Origin: an uncultured Cryomorphaceae bacterium
Lineage (GTDB): Bacteria; Bacteroidota; Bacteroidia; Flavobacteriales_D; Parvicellaceae
Assembly: GCA_947311505.1 (NCBI GenBank)
Contig: CAMZLL010000057.1
Coordinates: 2,026 to 66,025 of the forward strand
DNA: 64,000 bases
Direction of reading: 5' to 3'
The position numbers and the translations under genes were made by a program. The first letter of the stretch is position 1. Each line of letters starts with the position of its first letter. The notes beneath the pieces are model-generated. The model was given only the letters and a program-made list of their open reading frames with translations, ran no database searches and was not told the origin of the DNA. Positions 19,070 to 29,154 of this stretch are shown here, piece by piece.

Positions 19070-19699
19070 TTAATTTGATAATAATTTATCTCTCTTGTTG
19101 TTTAAAATTTCTACTTGTTGCTTGAATGCGTCATTTTGGGAACATTGAAACATTTGAGGTTTTGAAGAGTAACTATAAAGATTATCTTCTTGAGATCCTC
19201 TTGCTATGATTAAATTGATATCATCTGGATTCTTTTCTATTTTAGAAACTAAGTTTGAAAAACTTTTAATCGCAGAAGCGTAATCTTCTAAAAACAGTTT
19301 GCAATCATCAGATATTGGATTTTCAATTTCAGCTGCTATTTCTTTTATTTCTAGAGATAAATCTTCCTGATAAGCTTTTTCTATACTGTCTAATTGAGTT
19401 CTAGTGAGGGTGTCAATTTCTAATATTTCTTCTCCTTTACATGTTTTTATAGCTACTCTCCTAGCTATTGAGTCCAATTCGTGAGCTGGAATCGGAAACT
19501 CCAAGCTACATCTTTCGGCAGTTTCAACAAGAGAGTCCAAACAGTCGCAAAAGGTCAATGGAACTATATCCACCACAGAAGCTGTATCTATAGGGGTCGT
19601 TGGATGCTCGTTGGATTTCTGTTTTAGATTTTCTGAATCGCAACTTACTACCAAGATAGCTAATACTAAAAGACTTAGATAAATTATATTTTTAATCAT
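19070..19699 (-). CDS. Hypothetical lipoprotein (Cys-containing, helical)
   Basis: Lipobox LVVSC; CDC motif. Confidence 0.7.
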   Translation of the reverse strand: MIKNIIYLSLLVLAILVVSCDSENLKQKSNEHPTTPIDTASVVDIVPLTFCDCLDSLVETAERCSLEFPIPAHELDSIARRVAIKTCKGEEILEIDTLTRTQLDSIEKAYQEDLSLEIKEIAAEIENPISDDCKLFLEDYASAIKSFSNLVSKIEKNPDDINLIIARGSQEDNLYSYSSKPQMFQCSQNDAFKQQVEILNNKRDKLLSN

Positions 19700-19809
19700 T
19701 GTTAGGTTTTTCTATATGTAAAAATAGAAAAATTATAATTCACGCTCTTATTTTTCTACAAGAATTATTAAATCATCTCTAAACGGCTTTACTGTTGGGC
19801 ATTATTAAT

Positions 19810-21942
19810 CTATTTTAACAGATCAATAGCTTCTTGTGCGGTGATTATTTTTCCATTAAACTCTCCTACAACAAACGAATCAACGAGACCTTTTTCTTTT
19901 AGTTCTCCGTTTAACTCTTTGGCCTCTTTATACGAATTGGTAGTACCTATAAAGTATTTTGTAAGTCCTGTACTTGGATCTTTTTTCGGAATTACATTAC
20001 CAATAGAAAGATAAAGATCTAAAATATCAGTTGGTATTTTGCTTTCGAATGCACCAACTTGAACTTTGAATTTAATTAAATCAGGGTTTATTGCATTCTC
20101 TGTTGGCACAGAAGACTCTACTTTTGTATCATTATAATTTGGATTAACCTCGTAGCCAGCTTCATTAAGAGTTAGACGTTCTCCATCATTAAACGCTACG
20201 ATGAAGGAGCCATGATACCCATCCTCTAGCATGTCTATTCTATGCTTAGCAGCACTATTTTTGTCAGAAAATGTTCCTGAATAATACCTCCATAATCCAT
20301 CGTCCCCTTTTAAGTAGGCGAGGTCTGGGGTTTCTCTAAATACGTTTCCAGAGAGTTTTTTACTAAATGCACCTATTTGCACTTTATAAATAGTCCCATG
20401 ATTCGTACTGAAGTTTCCTGATGCTGTTGCTGTTAGATTATCTACTTCTATACTCTCGATATTTTTGTTGCCCCTTTCGTCAGTTTGCGTTTTTCCTATT
20501 GTTCCTTCTATTCCTTGATCTGCTAATTCGCCTTGTCTGGTTATGGCATCTTCTACATTGTCAAAATCACCAACGATATAGTACACTTTATCTCCATTAT
20601 CTACAATTTTAAAATCTTTAAAACTTAAATGTTTGTGAAGATCATTTGCTGTAATCCCTGTGGAATCTGAGCCTATTATCACAGTGTAACTTTCTTTTGA
20701 TCCTTGAACAATTCCATCTGTGTTTGGAGTTAATCCTCCACCTTCTGATTCTGTAGAGTTTTTCACTTCTTCATACGTAGTAAATTCTCCTATAGAATCT
20801 TTATAGATACGATACATTAGGAAGAAATCATCATCAGTATAGGCTACTCCATTAGTATCAACAGGTGCGTTTTCGGGAGTATCTAATTCATCATCTACAT
20901 TATCAGAAATCCCATCCTTGTCATTATCCAATGGGCAACCATGTTCATCTACTGGTCTCCAATCAATTGGTGTTTTGGCACATAAATCTGCTAAATCTCC
21001 AACGCCATCACCATCATAATCAGAAGTGTCTTGTGCGTATTGGTCGTCCCAATAATCTTGGTCCCCATCTTCATCTCCTCTAATTTTATTTCCTTTATCA
21101 AATGACAAATTATAAACAAAAGAGAATGATGTGTATAGAAATTTATCATTACCAGGGTTTCCGGCTCTTAAGCCAACACTTTCTGAGGTTACATTATCTA
21201 TTAAGTCGGTCATTGTAAAGTGCATTGAAGTGGCTACTCTAAAGTCAACTTTTTTACCCAATACAAAATTTGCCCCCACTTCTACAGGAAAAGCCCAGGT
21301 ACGCTCAGGATACTTTTCATTGCCATCAAGATTTAATTCTCTTAAGTCAGATTCATAGGTGTAATCTCTGTAAAGCTCTATCGCTGATGAGGCGGTAGGG
21401 TCATCTTCTGGACGGTCCATGATGTTGCCATCTGACCAATAATAATAAGTATTTCCGTTCTTATCTTTTAAGTCAGATTTTGATAAGAACTCTACTGATT
21501 CTATTCCGAAGGATATAAATGGGTTGACGTTGGTTTTCTTAAAATCGCTAAAATTTCTAAAATTATAGGTAAAAGTTAATCCTCCTGTTGTAATATTGGA
21601 GTTAAAATTAAGGTTACGTGTAAGGGTTCTTTCATTGGCACTAACTTGTCCAAAAAGAGCATAGAAATTAAGGTCTAAATAATTGGTCAACGGATTGATT
21701 AGTTTTAATTCATACGCTAACCGACTAACAGTAGGGTGATATTGTTTATGATTGCTGCTCACGTCACCATAAAATGTAAACATCCCTATTCCTAAGCTTA
21801 GTTTGGGTTTAAATATGATATTCAATGGTTCTGGTCCTTTGTATGCTTTCTGCGAAGCGGTATCTTTATTTGCGCTTTGACTCCAAACAACGTTTGTGAG
21901 ACAAAAGCTTAAAGCAAAAAATATAAATACTAATTTATTCAT
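19810..21942 (-). CDS. Outer-membrane barrel + TSP3-like repeats + SPOR-like domains
   Basis: Signal peptide; amphipathic strands, F.GD, YE.DLR and T.TD.ID motifs; DYDGDGV.D..D.C and GCP.D.DKDG; YKVQIGAF and FKVQVGAF repeats. Confidence 0.75.
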   Translation of the reverse strand: MNKLVFIFFALSFCLTNVVWSQSANKDTASQKAYKGPEPLNIIFKPKLSLGIGMFTFYGDVSSNHKQYHPTVSRLAYELKLINPLTNYLDLNFYALFGQVSANERTLTRNLNFNSNITTGGLTFTYNFRNFSDFKKTNVNPFISFGIESVEFLSKSDLKDKNGNTYYYWSDGNIMDRPEDDPTASSAIELYRDYTYESDLRELNLDGNEKYPERTWAFPVEVGANFVLGKKVDFRVATSMHFTMTDLIDNVTSESVGLRAGNPGNDKFLYTSFSFVYNLSFDKGNKIRGDEDGDQDYWDDQYAQDTSDYDGDGVGDLADLCAKTPIDWRPVDEHGCPLDNDKDGISDNVDDELDTPENAPVDTNGVAYTDDDFFLMYRIYKDSIGEFTTYEEVKNSTESEGGGLTPNTDGIVQGSKESYTVIIGSDSTGITANDLHKHLSFKDFKIVDNGDKVYYIVGDFDNVEDAITRQGELADQGIEGTIGKTQTDERGNKNIESIEVDNLTATASGNFSTNHGTIYKVQIGAFSKKLSGNVFRETPDLAYLKGDDGLWRYYSGTFSDKNSAAKHRIDMLEDGYHGSFIVAFNDGERLTLNEAGYEVNPNYNDTKVESSVPTENAINPDLIKFKVQVGAFESKIPTDILDLYLSIGNVIPKKDPSTGLTKYFIGTTNSYKEAKELNGELKEKGLVDSFVVGEFNGKIITAQEAIDLLK

Positions 21943-22028
21943 TAGTCGTAGGTTTGGAGAGGTTGTTACGTAAAGTTAATAATAAAGTTCCAAAGATTCT
22001 CTTTTTTTTAATAGGAATCACTAAGGAA

Positions 22029-22643
22029 CTATTTTATTTTCAAATCAAGCATCTTAATATCTCCGATAAATCCTTCTAAATGATCTCCTATAGAAACAGC
22101 AGAAACTCCAGCTGGTGTACCTGTAAATATCAAATCACCGATTTTTAGTGTTATGAATTTTGAAATATACTCAATTATAGCGTCTATATCAAAAAGCATA
22201 TCGGATGAGTTTCCGTTTTGTACTGTTTGCTTATTTTTTAATAATGAGAATGAAATATTATTTAAATTTCCCAATTCAGACTTTTGAATAAATGTTTCTG
22301 ACAAGGGGGCAGAATAATCGAATGATTTGGCTTTTTCCCAAGGCAGGCCTTTTGCTTTGCATTCTTGTTGCACATCTCTTGCTGTAAAGTCTATGCCAAG
22401 ACCGATTTCGTTATAATAGGTGTGTGCGTATTTTTTAGATATGTTTTTACCTAGTTTATTAATCTTAACCACCAACTCTATTTCGTGATGCAAATCTTTT
22501 GTGAAATTAGGGATGTAAAAAGGAGTTCTTTTGGGTAATAGAGCTGTATCTGGCTTCAAGAAAAAAACGGGTTCTTTTGGGACTTCATTTTTTAACTCTT
22601 TCGCATGGTCTTTATAATTTCTGCCAATACAAATAATTTTCAT
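22029..22643 (-). CDS. Fumarylacetoacetate hydrolase family protein
   Basis: ICIGRNY..HA.E, F.KP, HHE.EL, IDFTARD, PWEKAK.FD, GDLIFTGTPAGV. Confidence 0.93.
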   Translation of the reverse strand: MKIICIGRNYKDHAKELKNEVPKEPVFFLKPDTALLPKRTPFYIPNFTKDLHHEIELVVKINKLGKNISKKYAHTYYNEIGLGIDFTARDVQQECKAKGLPWEKAKSFDYSAPLSETFIQKSELGNLNNISFSLLKNKQTVQNGNSSDMLFDIDAIIEYISKFITLKIGDLIFTGTPAGVSAVSIGDHLEGFIGDIKMLDLKIK

Positions 22644-22653
22644 AATAGAAATT

Positions 22654-23427
22654 TTATTTTATACCTTTCATTTCATTCCAAATGGCTGTAAATTTATTCT
22701 TAGTGTCTTTAGTAAAATCACCTTTCATAATCCAAGCGTAATAGCCTCCTTCTTTAGTGAAAACTTCTTTAACTGTTTTGTTTCGATGTTTACCAAAGTT
22801 AAAAACGGGGATACCATCTTTATTGATGCCTATTCTACGTGCAAAATCTAAGGTTTTGGTACCGTAACTAGAAAACTCACTTAAAAATGGAACGTTATTT
22901 TCTATTTCTTTATAATGATCAACTTGTGCTAATAAAACATCTAACGTAGCTTCAGAATCTGCTAATGCACTATGTGCATTTGTAAGGTCTTTTCCACAAT
23001 AAAATTTATAAGCAGCCACAAGTGTTCGTTGCTCCATCTTATGAAAGATGTTTTGAACATCTACAATTTTACGATCAGAAATATCAAAATCAAAACCTAC
23101 TCGATCGAGTTCTTCTATAAGAAAAGGAACATCAAATTTCTTCAGGTTAAATCCTGTAAGGTCGCATCCATCTAAAAAAGCTATAATCTCAGCACCTACT
23201 TCTCCTAATTTTGGAGCATCTAACACATCTACGTCATATATACCATGTATTTCTGATACCTCTATTGGTATTAGCATTTCTGGATTTATTCTTTTGTGGT
23301 AGGTTTCTTTAGTCCCATCTGGGTGTAATTTCACAATGGCTATTTCTACAATTCTATCTTTAGAAATGTAAACTCCTGTAGTTTCCAAATCGAATGAGGC
23401 TAATGGTTTTTCTAATGCTAAATTCAT
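22654..23427 (-). CDS. DEDDh 3'-5' exonuclease (DNA polymerase III epsilon-like)
   Basis: FDLETTG, GFN...FD, AH.A.AD, FNFGKH. Confidence 0.9.
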   Translation of the reverse strand: MNLALEKPLASFDLETTGVYISKDRIVEIAIVKLHPDGTKETYHKRINPEMLIPIEVSEIHGIYDVDVLDAPKLGEVGAEIIAFLDGCDLTGFNLKKFDVPFLIEELDRVGFDFDISDRKIVDVQNIFHKMEQRTLVAAYKFYCGKDLTNAHSALADSEATLDVLLAQVDHYKEIENNVPFLSEFSSYGTKTLDFARRIGINKDGIPVFNFGKHRNKTVKEVFTKEGGYYAWIMKGDFTKDTKNKFTAIWNEMKGIK

Positions 23428-23520
23428 GTATTTTGCTTTTATCTATTGGGCAAATATAGTTAATAGTATTCGCATTTAAAGCAATAATCTTAGGGATTTA
23501 CGTATTGAAAGTATTGTGTT

Positions 23521-25038
23521 TTACTTCAGGGGTTTAAACACTTTTGAAATCATTCCTTTTTGATAATCAAACTCGCTAACTTTGATGTTTTGAATCAACA
23601 GTTTATAGCCTTCCGCTTCTATTTCTAAAGAATATTTACCAGGATTCAAGGTCATAATAATGTTTGCTCCATCTTTTGACGTGTATTCTCCTGCGATTTC
23701 GTCATCAGCATCAAAAACATAAATTTTTGTTTTTTCTATATTTTTACTAGTGACTGCATCTTGGATTGAAATTTTAAACAAAGCAGGGTTTATTTCCACT
23801 TCATTGTAGGTAACTCTGTAGATATCAAGTTCTCCGTAACCTTCATTTTTTCTAAACTGAGAGACATAGGCATGTTTACCATTTCCAGCAAAACAAATTA
23901 CCTTGTCATCATAAGCTGTGTTTATTGGATAACCAAGGTTTTCTGGTTCTCCCCATGTATTGTTAGTTGCATTCCATTCGGTTTTAAATAGATCATATCC
24001 ACCAAGTCCTCCAAGCCCATCAGAGGCAAAGTATAGAGTCTTCCCATCTGGAGAAAGTGTTGGGAAATCTTCATTCCCATCCGAGTTCAAAGCAATTATA
24101 GGTTGTGGTAGTGCCCAGTTTCCATTTGGAAGTTGTCTGGTCATATACAAGTCTAAGTCAAATCCTTCGCCTCGGTTACTCGCAAAGAAAAAGGTCTTTC
24201 CATCTGATGAAATAGAGGCAGATGTTTCAATAGTTTTTTCTTGATTGACGCCTTCTTTAATTTTCTTTTTCTTGCTAAAGTTTGATCCTGTTTTTATAGA
24301 TTCATAAATCTCACCAACTTCAGCAATGTTGTCTATATATACAAATATTTTTTCACCATCATCGGTTATACCCACACAGGCTTCATCATACCTTTGATTT
24401 AATGTAGCGTATTTAGCTTTTGAAAAAGTTGTTCCATTAAATTTTGTAATCATTATATCTGAAGGGTAAAGACCATCAAATTCTTTTTTTCCTTTCCCTC
24501 CAGATCTTCGAGTAGTAAACACGAGAATTTTTTCATCTTTGCTTGCAAAAGGGGCGTAATCTGAAAACTCACTATTAATCTTTTCTCCCATGTTTTCGAA
24601 AGTAACAGAAACAGGATTTTTCATAAGTTTTTTTGCTCCTTCGTATTGTTTTATTAAAGCGGTTGCTTCTTCCACATGTTTACCCGGTGTCTTGAGGTAT
24701 TCTTGCATAAGTTCAATTGCTTTTTCGTAGTTGTATTTATAAGTAAATCCTACAGCTAAATAAAACATGGTTTCTTTATTTGCCTTACCTGTGTCATACG
24801 CTTTTTTTAGATATTTAATAGATAAGCTACGATCTAGATTTGTCTGCTGATAAGCATATCCTATATAAAAAAGTGCTTTAGCATCTTTTGGATCTATCTT
24901 TAAGTGCTTTTTTAGTTCAGGAATGGCATCTATAAAATCTCCAGCTTTGAACATATCATATCCTAATCTAGGGTCCAATTGAGCTTGAACACTCCCTGTT
25001 ATAATAAAAAATAATATGACTATGTTTATATACTTCAC
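23521..25038 (-). CDS. TPR + PD40 beta-propeller + carboxypeptidase-like domain protein (PorE-like, no OmpA domain)
   Basis: Signal peptide ending AQ; TPR helices; repeated P..S.DG..LYFAS, GG.GGYD, N.GYPINT..D. Confidence 0.82.
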   Translation of the reverse strand: MKYINIVILFFIITGSVQAQLDPRLGYDMFKAGDFIDAIPELKKHLKIDPKDAKALFYIGYAYQQTNLDRSLSIKYLKKAYDTGKANKETMFYLAVGFTYKYNYEKAIELMQEYLKTPGKHVEEATALIKQYEGAKKLMKNPVSVTFENMGEKINSEFSDYAPFASKDEKILVFTTRRSGGKGKKEFDGLYPSDIMITKFNGTTFSKAKYATLNQRYDEACVGITDDGEKIFVYIDNIAEVGEIYESIKTGSNFSKKKKIKEGVNQEKTIETSASISSDGKTFFFASNRGEGFDLDLYMTRQLPNGNWALPQPIIALNSDGNEDFPTLSPDGKTLYFASDGLGGLGGYDLFKTEWNATNNTWGEPENLGYPINTAYDDKVICFAGNGKHAYVSQFRKNEGYGELDIYRVTYNEVEINPALFKISIQDAVTSKNIEKTKIYVFDADDEIAGEYTSKDGANIIMTLNPGKYSLEIEAEGYKLLIQNIKVSEFDYQKGMISKVFKPLK

Positions 25039-25203
25039 AATACTACTTATGCAATTAGAATACCAAAATAGTTTAATTTTGGTAAATTAAACCAAAATTA
25101 TGTACATTTTATTACAGAAGCATTCTTTTCAAGGTTAAATATATGCAAATCTTAAAGCTTTTGTATGCTAAAAAAGAAAACTGTAGATAAAAAATGAAAT
25201 GCC

Positions 25204-27615
25204 TTATTTCGCGTCTATTTTAATGTATTGGTATGGACCATATTTCTCAGTATTTTTAAAGTCGTATTTATATTTTGGACCTTGCACTTTAGATTTTATG
25301 GCTATAATTTTCACTTTAGATTCGCTTATTCCTCTTTTCTTTAGTTCAGCTTTTAAAAGTGTAACAGCAGCATCACTTCTTATCTTAGATAAATTATCAT
25401 TATTCTTGTAAGTTCTTGTAGGCACTCTGGAAGCAGACCCTTCTACCTCTACCTGAGCATAACCCCTAGCTTTCACCATACTTTCAAGTCCATTCATAAA
25501 GGTTGTCCATCTTTTTTCATCAGATGCTATTCCATTTAGATTATATCCATAAAATTTCTGATAAACTATAGGCTCAAAAGTCTGAACAGAAGTTTTACAT
25601 TTGATATCAATTGTAGTAATTTTTATTAAATTATCGTTTTCATCAAATAGTTTTAATGAAAGATCATCACATAAGGTAGGATCGTTAAAACTAATCATTT
25701 TTAGTGCTTGCTTTTCGTTTTCTAATTCATGGTAGTTAAAAAAACCATCTTTATCTACAAACTCTGATAATAGCAATTGATTTCCATCCATAAATTCAAC
25801 TAAAGCTTTACTGATATATGGTTTTCCATTTACCAATAGTCTATATTTCCATTTTGATTTATCTCCTTTTGGCAAAGCGGTTGTATCTTCATCAACCAAT
25901 AATGTAGAGTCATCTTTTACTTTTGAACCATCCAGTCTAATGCCATCCAAATTCAATACAATATCTGTTTCATTGTAATCCGCATCACAAGGCACTTTGA
26001 ATTCTGTCTCATAGAATGTTTCATCTTTCAAGGTGTATTCAACTAGATATTCGTGACATGGCTTTAAATTAAATATATAAGAACCATTTCTTTTGTTTGG
26101 CTTATATTCCATTGGATCTCCTCCTTCTGTCTGATCGGTAACATAAATCATTATCCCGTCAGGAAGTGTTTTACCTTCTCCTGGCTCTATTCGTCCTTTT
26201 AGGATAGCAAACTCATCAATTATTGGTTTATCTATAGCTACGGTATAGATATCTTTTTCTCCAAAATTATCTTTTCTAATCCCAGAGAAAAATCCTGTAG
26301 TACCGCTAGCATTGGTCATAAAAAAGACATCATCATCTACGCTATTTAAAGGGTAGCCCATGTTTATTGGGGTGCTCCATGTCAACTTTCCATTTTCGTC
26401 TGCTGTTGATTGGGTATAAAAAATATCAAAACCTCCAATACTATTTTCCCCATTAGAACTAAAGTAAAGCGTTTTTCCATCTGGATGAAAAAATGGAGAT
26501 TCTTCATCGTAAGGTGTATTGATTGGTGCGCCAAGGTTTTGTGCCATACTCCACTTACCGTTTGGAAGTATTACAGACTTGTAGATGTCTCTACCTCCTA
26601 AGCCACCTTCTCGATCACTGATAAAATAAATTGTTCTTCCATCTGCTGAAATAGTAGCATGAGTATCCCAAGCATCTTCTTTGTTGATGTCTGAACCATC
26701 CCCTAAAAGAATCGGTCTGTCGTACGTGTCTGTTTTGTCGTTATATTCAGATACGTGTATTTGACCATCACCTTTTATATCTTTATATATAAATAACTTT
26801 TGTCCATCGCCAGAGACACTTATCACTGCTTGATTACTTCTTGGACTACTGATATTGCTTAATAATTCTGGTTGTCCCCAGGTATTGGTCTTAAAATCTT
26901 TATAACTAACATATACATCTTCGAAATATTTTCCATCTTGAGGGCTAAACAATCCTTGATTTGAGCTATCTGTTCGAGCTCTCCTAGAGGTGTAAAACAT
27001 CATGCTTTCATCTGGAGTAACTGCTGCGCTATAGTCTTCAAATTGATTGTTAACTGCTCCACCTACGTTTGATATTTTATACATTTTAGGCGATTGAATA
27101 GCAACCTTACCATATTCGCATTGTTTTATTCCCAGTTGTGCGTCTGTATATTTTATGTGTTTTTTACTTGTTTCATCTAAGAATAAACTATAGTTTTCAA
27201 TGGCTTTGTCTAGTTGTTCATTCAGATGATACGCTTTAGCAATATAGTAACGTGTTTCTACAGGAGCTGCTTTTTCGAGTGGAGAAAAGGGGTTGTATTT
27301 TTTAGACACGCCTTTTTCAGCTGTAATAAGATAAGGTAATGCTTTGTTTCTTTCGTTACTAATATTTAACAAACACAATCCTGTCTTATAATTAACGTTT
27401 GCATTGTCTGGTTGTTCCTCTACCAGATTCAAAAGAATATCTTTGGCAAAATGGTATAACTGATCTTCCATTAACATATTAGCAGCTTCCATCTTTTCTC
27501 GAAAAGATGCATTCTTCAAAGACTCTTTAAGTTTTTCTGCGTCTATCTGAGCAATAGAGGTTAAAGTCAAAGAAAATAAAGCTACAAAGACTAAAAGTAT
27601 TTTAAAATATTTCAA
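25204..27615 (-). CDS. TPR + PD40 protein with degenerate C-terminal OmpA-like domain (PorE-like)
   Basis: PD40 repeats (SADGRTIYFISDREGGLGGRDIY, NLG.PINT.YDE.SPF); C-terminal VEGSAS.VPT...N..LS..R; TTG 27615 gives a clean signal peptide. Confidence 0.8.
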   Translation of the reverse strand: MKYFKILLVFVALFSLTLTSIAQIDAEKLKESLKNASFREKMEAANMLMEDQLYHFAKDILLNLVEEQPDNANVNYKTGLCLLNISNERNKALPYLITAEKGVSKKYNPFSPLEKAAPVETRYYIAKAYHLNEQLDKAIENYSLFLDETSKKHIKYTDAQLGIKQCEYGKVAIQSPKMYKISNVGGAVNNQFEDYSAAVTPDESMMFYTSRRARTDSSNQGLFSPQDGKYFEDVYVSYKDFKTNTWGQPELLSNISSPRSNQAVISVSGDGQKLFIYKDIKGDGQIHVSEYNDKTDTYDRPILLGDGSDINKEDAWDTHATISADGRTIYFISDREGGLGGRDIYKSVILPNGKWSMAQNLGAPINTPYDEESPFFHPDGKTLYFSSNGENSIGGFDIFYTQSTADENGKLTWSTPINMGYPLNSVDDDVFFMTNASGTTGFFSGIRKDNFGEKDIYTVAIDKPIIDEFAILKGRIEPGEGKTLPDGIMIYVTDQTEGGDPMEYKPNKRNGSYIFNLKPCHEYLVEYTLKDETFYETEFKVPCDADYNETDIVLNLDGIRLDGSKVKDDSTLLVDEDTTALPKGDKSKWKYRLLVNGKPYISKALVEFMDGNQLLLSEFVDKDGFFNYHELENEKQALKMISFNDPTLCDDLSLKLFDENDNLIKITTIDIKCKTSVQTFEPIVYQKFYGYNLNGIASDEKRWTTFMNGLESMVKARGYAQVEVEGSASRVPTRTYKNNDNLSKIRSDAAVTLLKAELKKRGISESKVKIIAIKSKVQGPKYKYDFKNTEKYGPYQYIKIDAK

Positions 27616-27640
27616 AATTATAAATTGGGGGAATAATGGA

Positions 27641-28972
27641 TTAAATCTCTCTATTTGGATCAAATTCTTCAAGGTAATCAGCCACTCGTTTTACAAAACT
27701 ACCACCTAGTGCTCCATCTACAATTCTATGATCGTAAGAGTGTGATAAAAACATCATGTGTCTTATCCCTATGGTATCTCCTTGTGGAGTTTCTATTACT
27801 GCTGGTTTTTTTCTTATGGCTCCTAAAGCCAAAATAGCACTTTGCGGCTGGTTGATAATAGGTGTACCCATAACGTTTCCAAACGTACCTACATTGGTAA
27901 CGGTATATGTTCCTCCTTGGATATCATCAGGTCCTAATTTATTTGCTCGAGCTTTAGCGGCCAACCCATTTACACGTTTGGCAAGACCTGTCATATTTAA
28001 CTGGTCTGCGTTATGTATTACTGGCACGATAAGGTTTCCGGAAGGCAATGCTGTTGCCATTCCAAGATTAATGTCTTTTTTGACGATTACGTTATTACCA
28101 TCTAACATTGAGTTAACCATTGGGAAATCCTTCAACGCTTTGACAACTGCTTCCATAAAAATAGGAGTGAATGTTAACTTCTCACCTTCTTTTGCTAAGA
28201 ATTTATCCTTGTTTTTATTTCTCCATTGAACTATATTTGTAACATCTGCTTCTACAAAAGAAGTAACGTGTGGAGACACATGCACAGACATAACCATGTG
28301 ATCTGCAATCATCTTTCGCATACGATCCATTTCAATAATCTCATCGTTTGGACCTATTGGTACTGGAGGAGCTTTATGAACTGGTACTGACACGGCTGTT
28401 GTCGGAGTTGATGCTGAGGTTTTTTTCTGAGAAATTGTTGTTGGTTTTGCAACTACAGATGCGGAGCTTCTAGTTTCTAGATAACCTAGTATATCTTTCT
28501 TGGTAACTCTTCCATCTTGCCCAGAGCCTGAAATTGATTCTAATTCAGCTATTGACACGCCTTCTTTTTCAGCGATACTTCTTACTAAGGGAGAGTAAAA
28601 CGAATTTAATTCTGAGTTTTTTGGTAATGAATCACTTGAAATACTAGCTAAAGGCTCCATTAACGCTTCTGTTATTGGGGCTGAAGAAACTTCTGACGTA
28701 GTTGGTGCTGAAACCGGAACGGTTACGTCTCCTTCTGCTACAATTATGGCAAAAACTGTACCTACAGCTACAACATCACCTTCTTGAAAAAGAATCTCTT
28801 TTAAAACTCCTGCTGCTGGAGATGGAACTTCCGAATCCACTTTATCTGTTGCTATTTCTACTATTGCCTCATCTTCTTCAATAGTGTCACCTATGTTTTT
28901 TAACCAAGTAGTAATTGTTGCTTCTGCAACGCTCTCTCCCATTTTGGGTAAAAGTATTTCTATGTCAGCCAT
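27641..28972 (-). CDS. 2-oxoacid dehydrogenase E2 (dihydrolipoamide acyltransferase, branched-chain type)
   Basis: LPKMGESV, EIATDKVDSEVPSP lipoyl site, SPLVR..A peripheral-subunit-binding domain, YDHRIVDG; TAACTTTG box at 29024-29031. Confidence 0.95.
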   Translation of the reverse strand: MADIEILLPKMGESVAEATITTWLKNIGDTIEEDEAIVEIATDKVDSEVPSPAAGVLKEILFQEGDVVAVGTVFAIIVAEGDVTVPVSAPTTSEVSSAPITEALMEPLASISSDSLPKNSELNSFYSPLVRSIAEKEGVSIAELESISGSGQDGRVTKKDILGYLETRSSASVVAKPTTISQKKTSASTPTTAVSVPVHKAPPVPIGPNDEIIEMDRMRKMIADHMVMSVHVSPHVTSFVEADVTNIVQWRNKNKDKFLAKEGEKLTFTPIFMEAVVKALKDFPMVNSMLDGNNVIVKKDINLGMATALPSGNLIVPVIHNADQLNMTGLAKRVNGLAAKARANKLGPDDIQGGTYTVTNVGTFGNVMGTPIINQPQSAILALGAIRKKPAVIETPQGDTIGIRHMMFLSHSYDHRIVDGALGGSFVKRVADYLEEFDPNREI

Positions 28973-29154
28973 TGTGCTATATTAATTTTGTGTGTAATAT
29001 TCTATTTCTAAGAGTACAATTCACAAAGTTAATAAAGTATTTGAAGTCTCATAAGTTTTTGAGGATTAAAACCAATAAGACTAGATTTAATTCTAAAAAA
29101 TAAGTTTGAACACATTATACTGTATTCGCTATTTGTAAAGAATGATGTTTATTG

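Noticed and set aside
27616-27672. 32-nt overlap of the TPR-PD40 ORF with the E2 gene
   Set aside because: Artefact of longest-ORF calling; TTG 27615 gives a normal signal peptide
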